IMG/VR virus record: IMGVR_UViG_3300048694_001005
Coordinates: 116,566-180,565 of that record
Source of the DNA: a virus
Reading direction: 5' to 3' (one strand)
Length of the DNA: 64,000 nt
Numbering within the stretch: position 1 is the stretch's first letter; the number at the start of each line of letters is the position of its first letter. This document shows positions 63,571 through 64,000 of the stretch, piece by piece. The notes under the pieces were generated by a model, which was not told where the DNA came from, ran no database searches, and worked only from the letters and a program-made list of their open reading frames with translations. Position numbers and translations under genes: made by a program.

Positions 63571-64000
63571 ATGATGTACAGCGAAAAATTATGCGCCGCC
63601 ATAAAATCAAACGGCAAAATCCTCAGAGAGTTCAAAGATACAGTAATGATCCCATTTGGATCTGAATACACGGTCTACCTCAAAAACCTTAATACAGTAC
63701 GTGCATTAGTGAATATTACAATTGACGGCACCGATGTTGCACCAGGTGGTTTGGTATTGAATGGTAATCAAACACTGGATCTTGAGCGATTTATCAAGAA
63801 CGGTAATCTCAGCGAAGGCAATAGATTCAAGTTCATTGAACGTACCGCCAATATAGAGCAGCATCGTGGCATTGGTGTGGAAGATGGCTTGATTCGTGTG
63901 GAATACGAATTTGAGCGTATAGTGCCGCTAACTAATTGGTATGACAATACTTGGCATCCACATAAAATATACGGCGGCGGAACGCTGCGTGGCGTCAGTG
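63571..64000 (+). CDS. Conserved hypothetical protein (runs off window end)
   Basis: SD AAGGAG; open frame MMYSEKLCAAIKSNGKILRE... Confidence 0.6.
   Translation, partial: MMYSEKLCAAIKSNGKILREFKDTVMIPFGSEYTVYLKNLNTVRALVNITIDGTDVAPGGLVLNGNQTLDLERFIKNGNLSEGNRFKFIERTANIEQHRGIGVEDGLIRVEYEFERIVPLTNWYDNTWHPHKIYGGGTLRGVS

Noticed and set aside
1-64000. Genome-wide stop-codon reassignment
   Set aside because: Well-recognised genes end normally at TGA (polymerase 12439) and other ORFs at TAG (13482, 21068); coding density is high under code 11; no CTA or TCA anticodon tRNA found.

Overview
64 kb of an AT-rich, T4-like (myovirus) jumbo-phage genome, almost all on the + strand. A Bug/TctC gene and rrn-type boxA sites point to a proteobacterial, possibly betaproteobacterial, host (inference). 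Left to right: (1) 0.3-8.8 kb virion genes (tail tube, head completion, E-site-punctuated internal head proteins); (2) 9.5-26 kb replication module (DsbA-like, family B polymerase, sliding clamp, RNase H-like nuclease) interleaved with a 7-deazaguanine DNA-modification cluster (dpdA, two QueD-fold genes, folE, queE, glycosyltransferase, PRTase; no queC in the window); (3) 26-38.7 kb small hypothetical and host-derived genes (bS21, Hsp20, ClpS, Bug); (4) 38.8-62.9 kb a tRNA/ncRNA island with 41 tRNAs covering all 20 amino acids, several free-standing homing endonucleases, glycan/sulfate enzymes and many non-canonical RNAs. Top observations: two leader-peptide attenuators in front of the tRNA operons whose codon content matches the downstream tRNAs; a compact phage RNase P RNA; a four-copy RNA family fusing a conserved AGGAT-N3-(T)ACAGCAA...ATCCTG domain to tRNA parts in circularly permuted orders; an RF1-like gene with an in-frame UGA whose 3' end was replaced by an endonuclease cassette; tRNA-like elements caged in 19-24 bp stems. 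All assignments come from manual reading and motif recognition; no database searches or folding programs were run.
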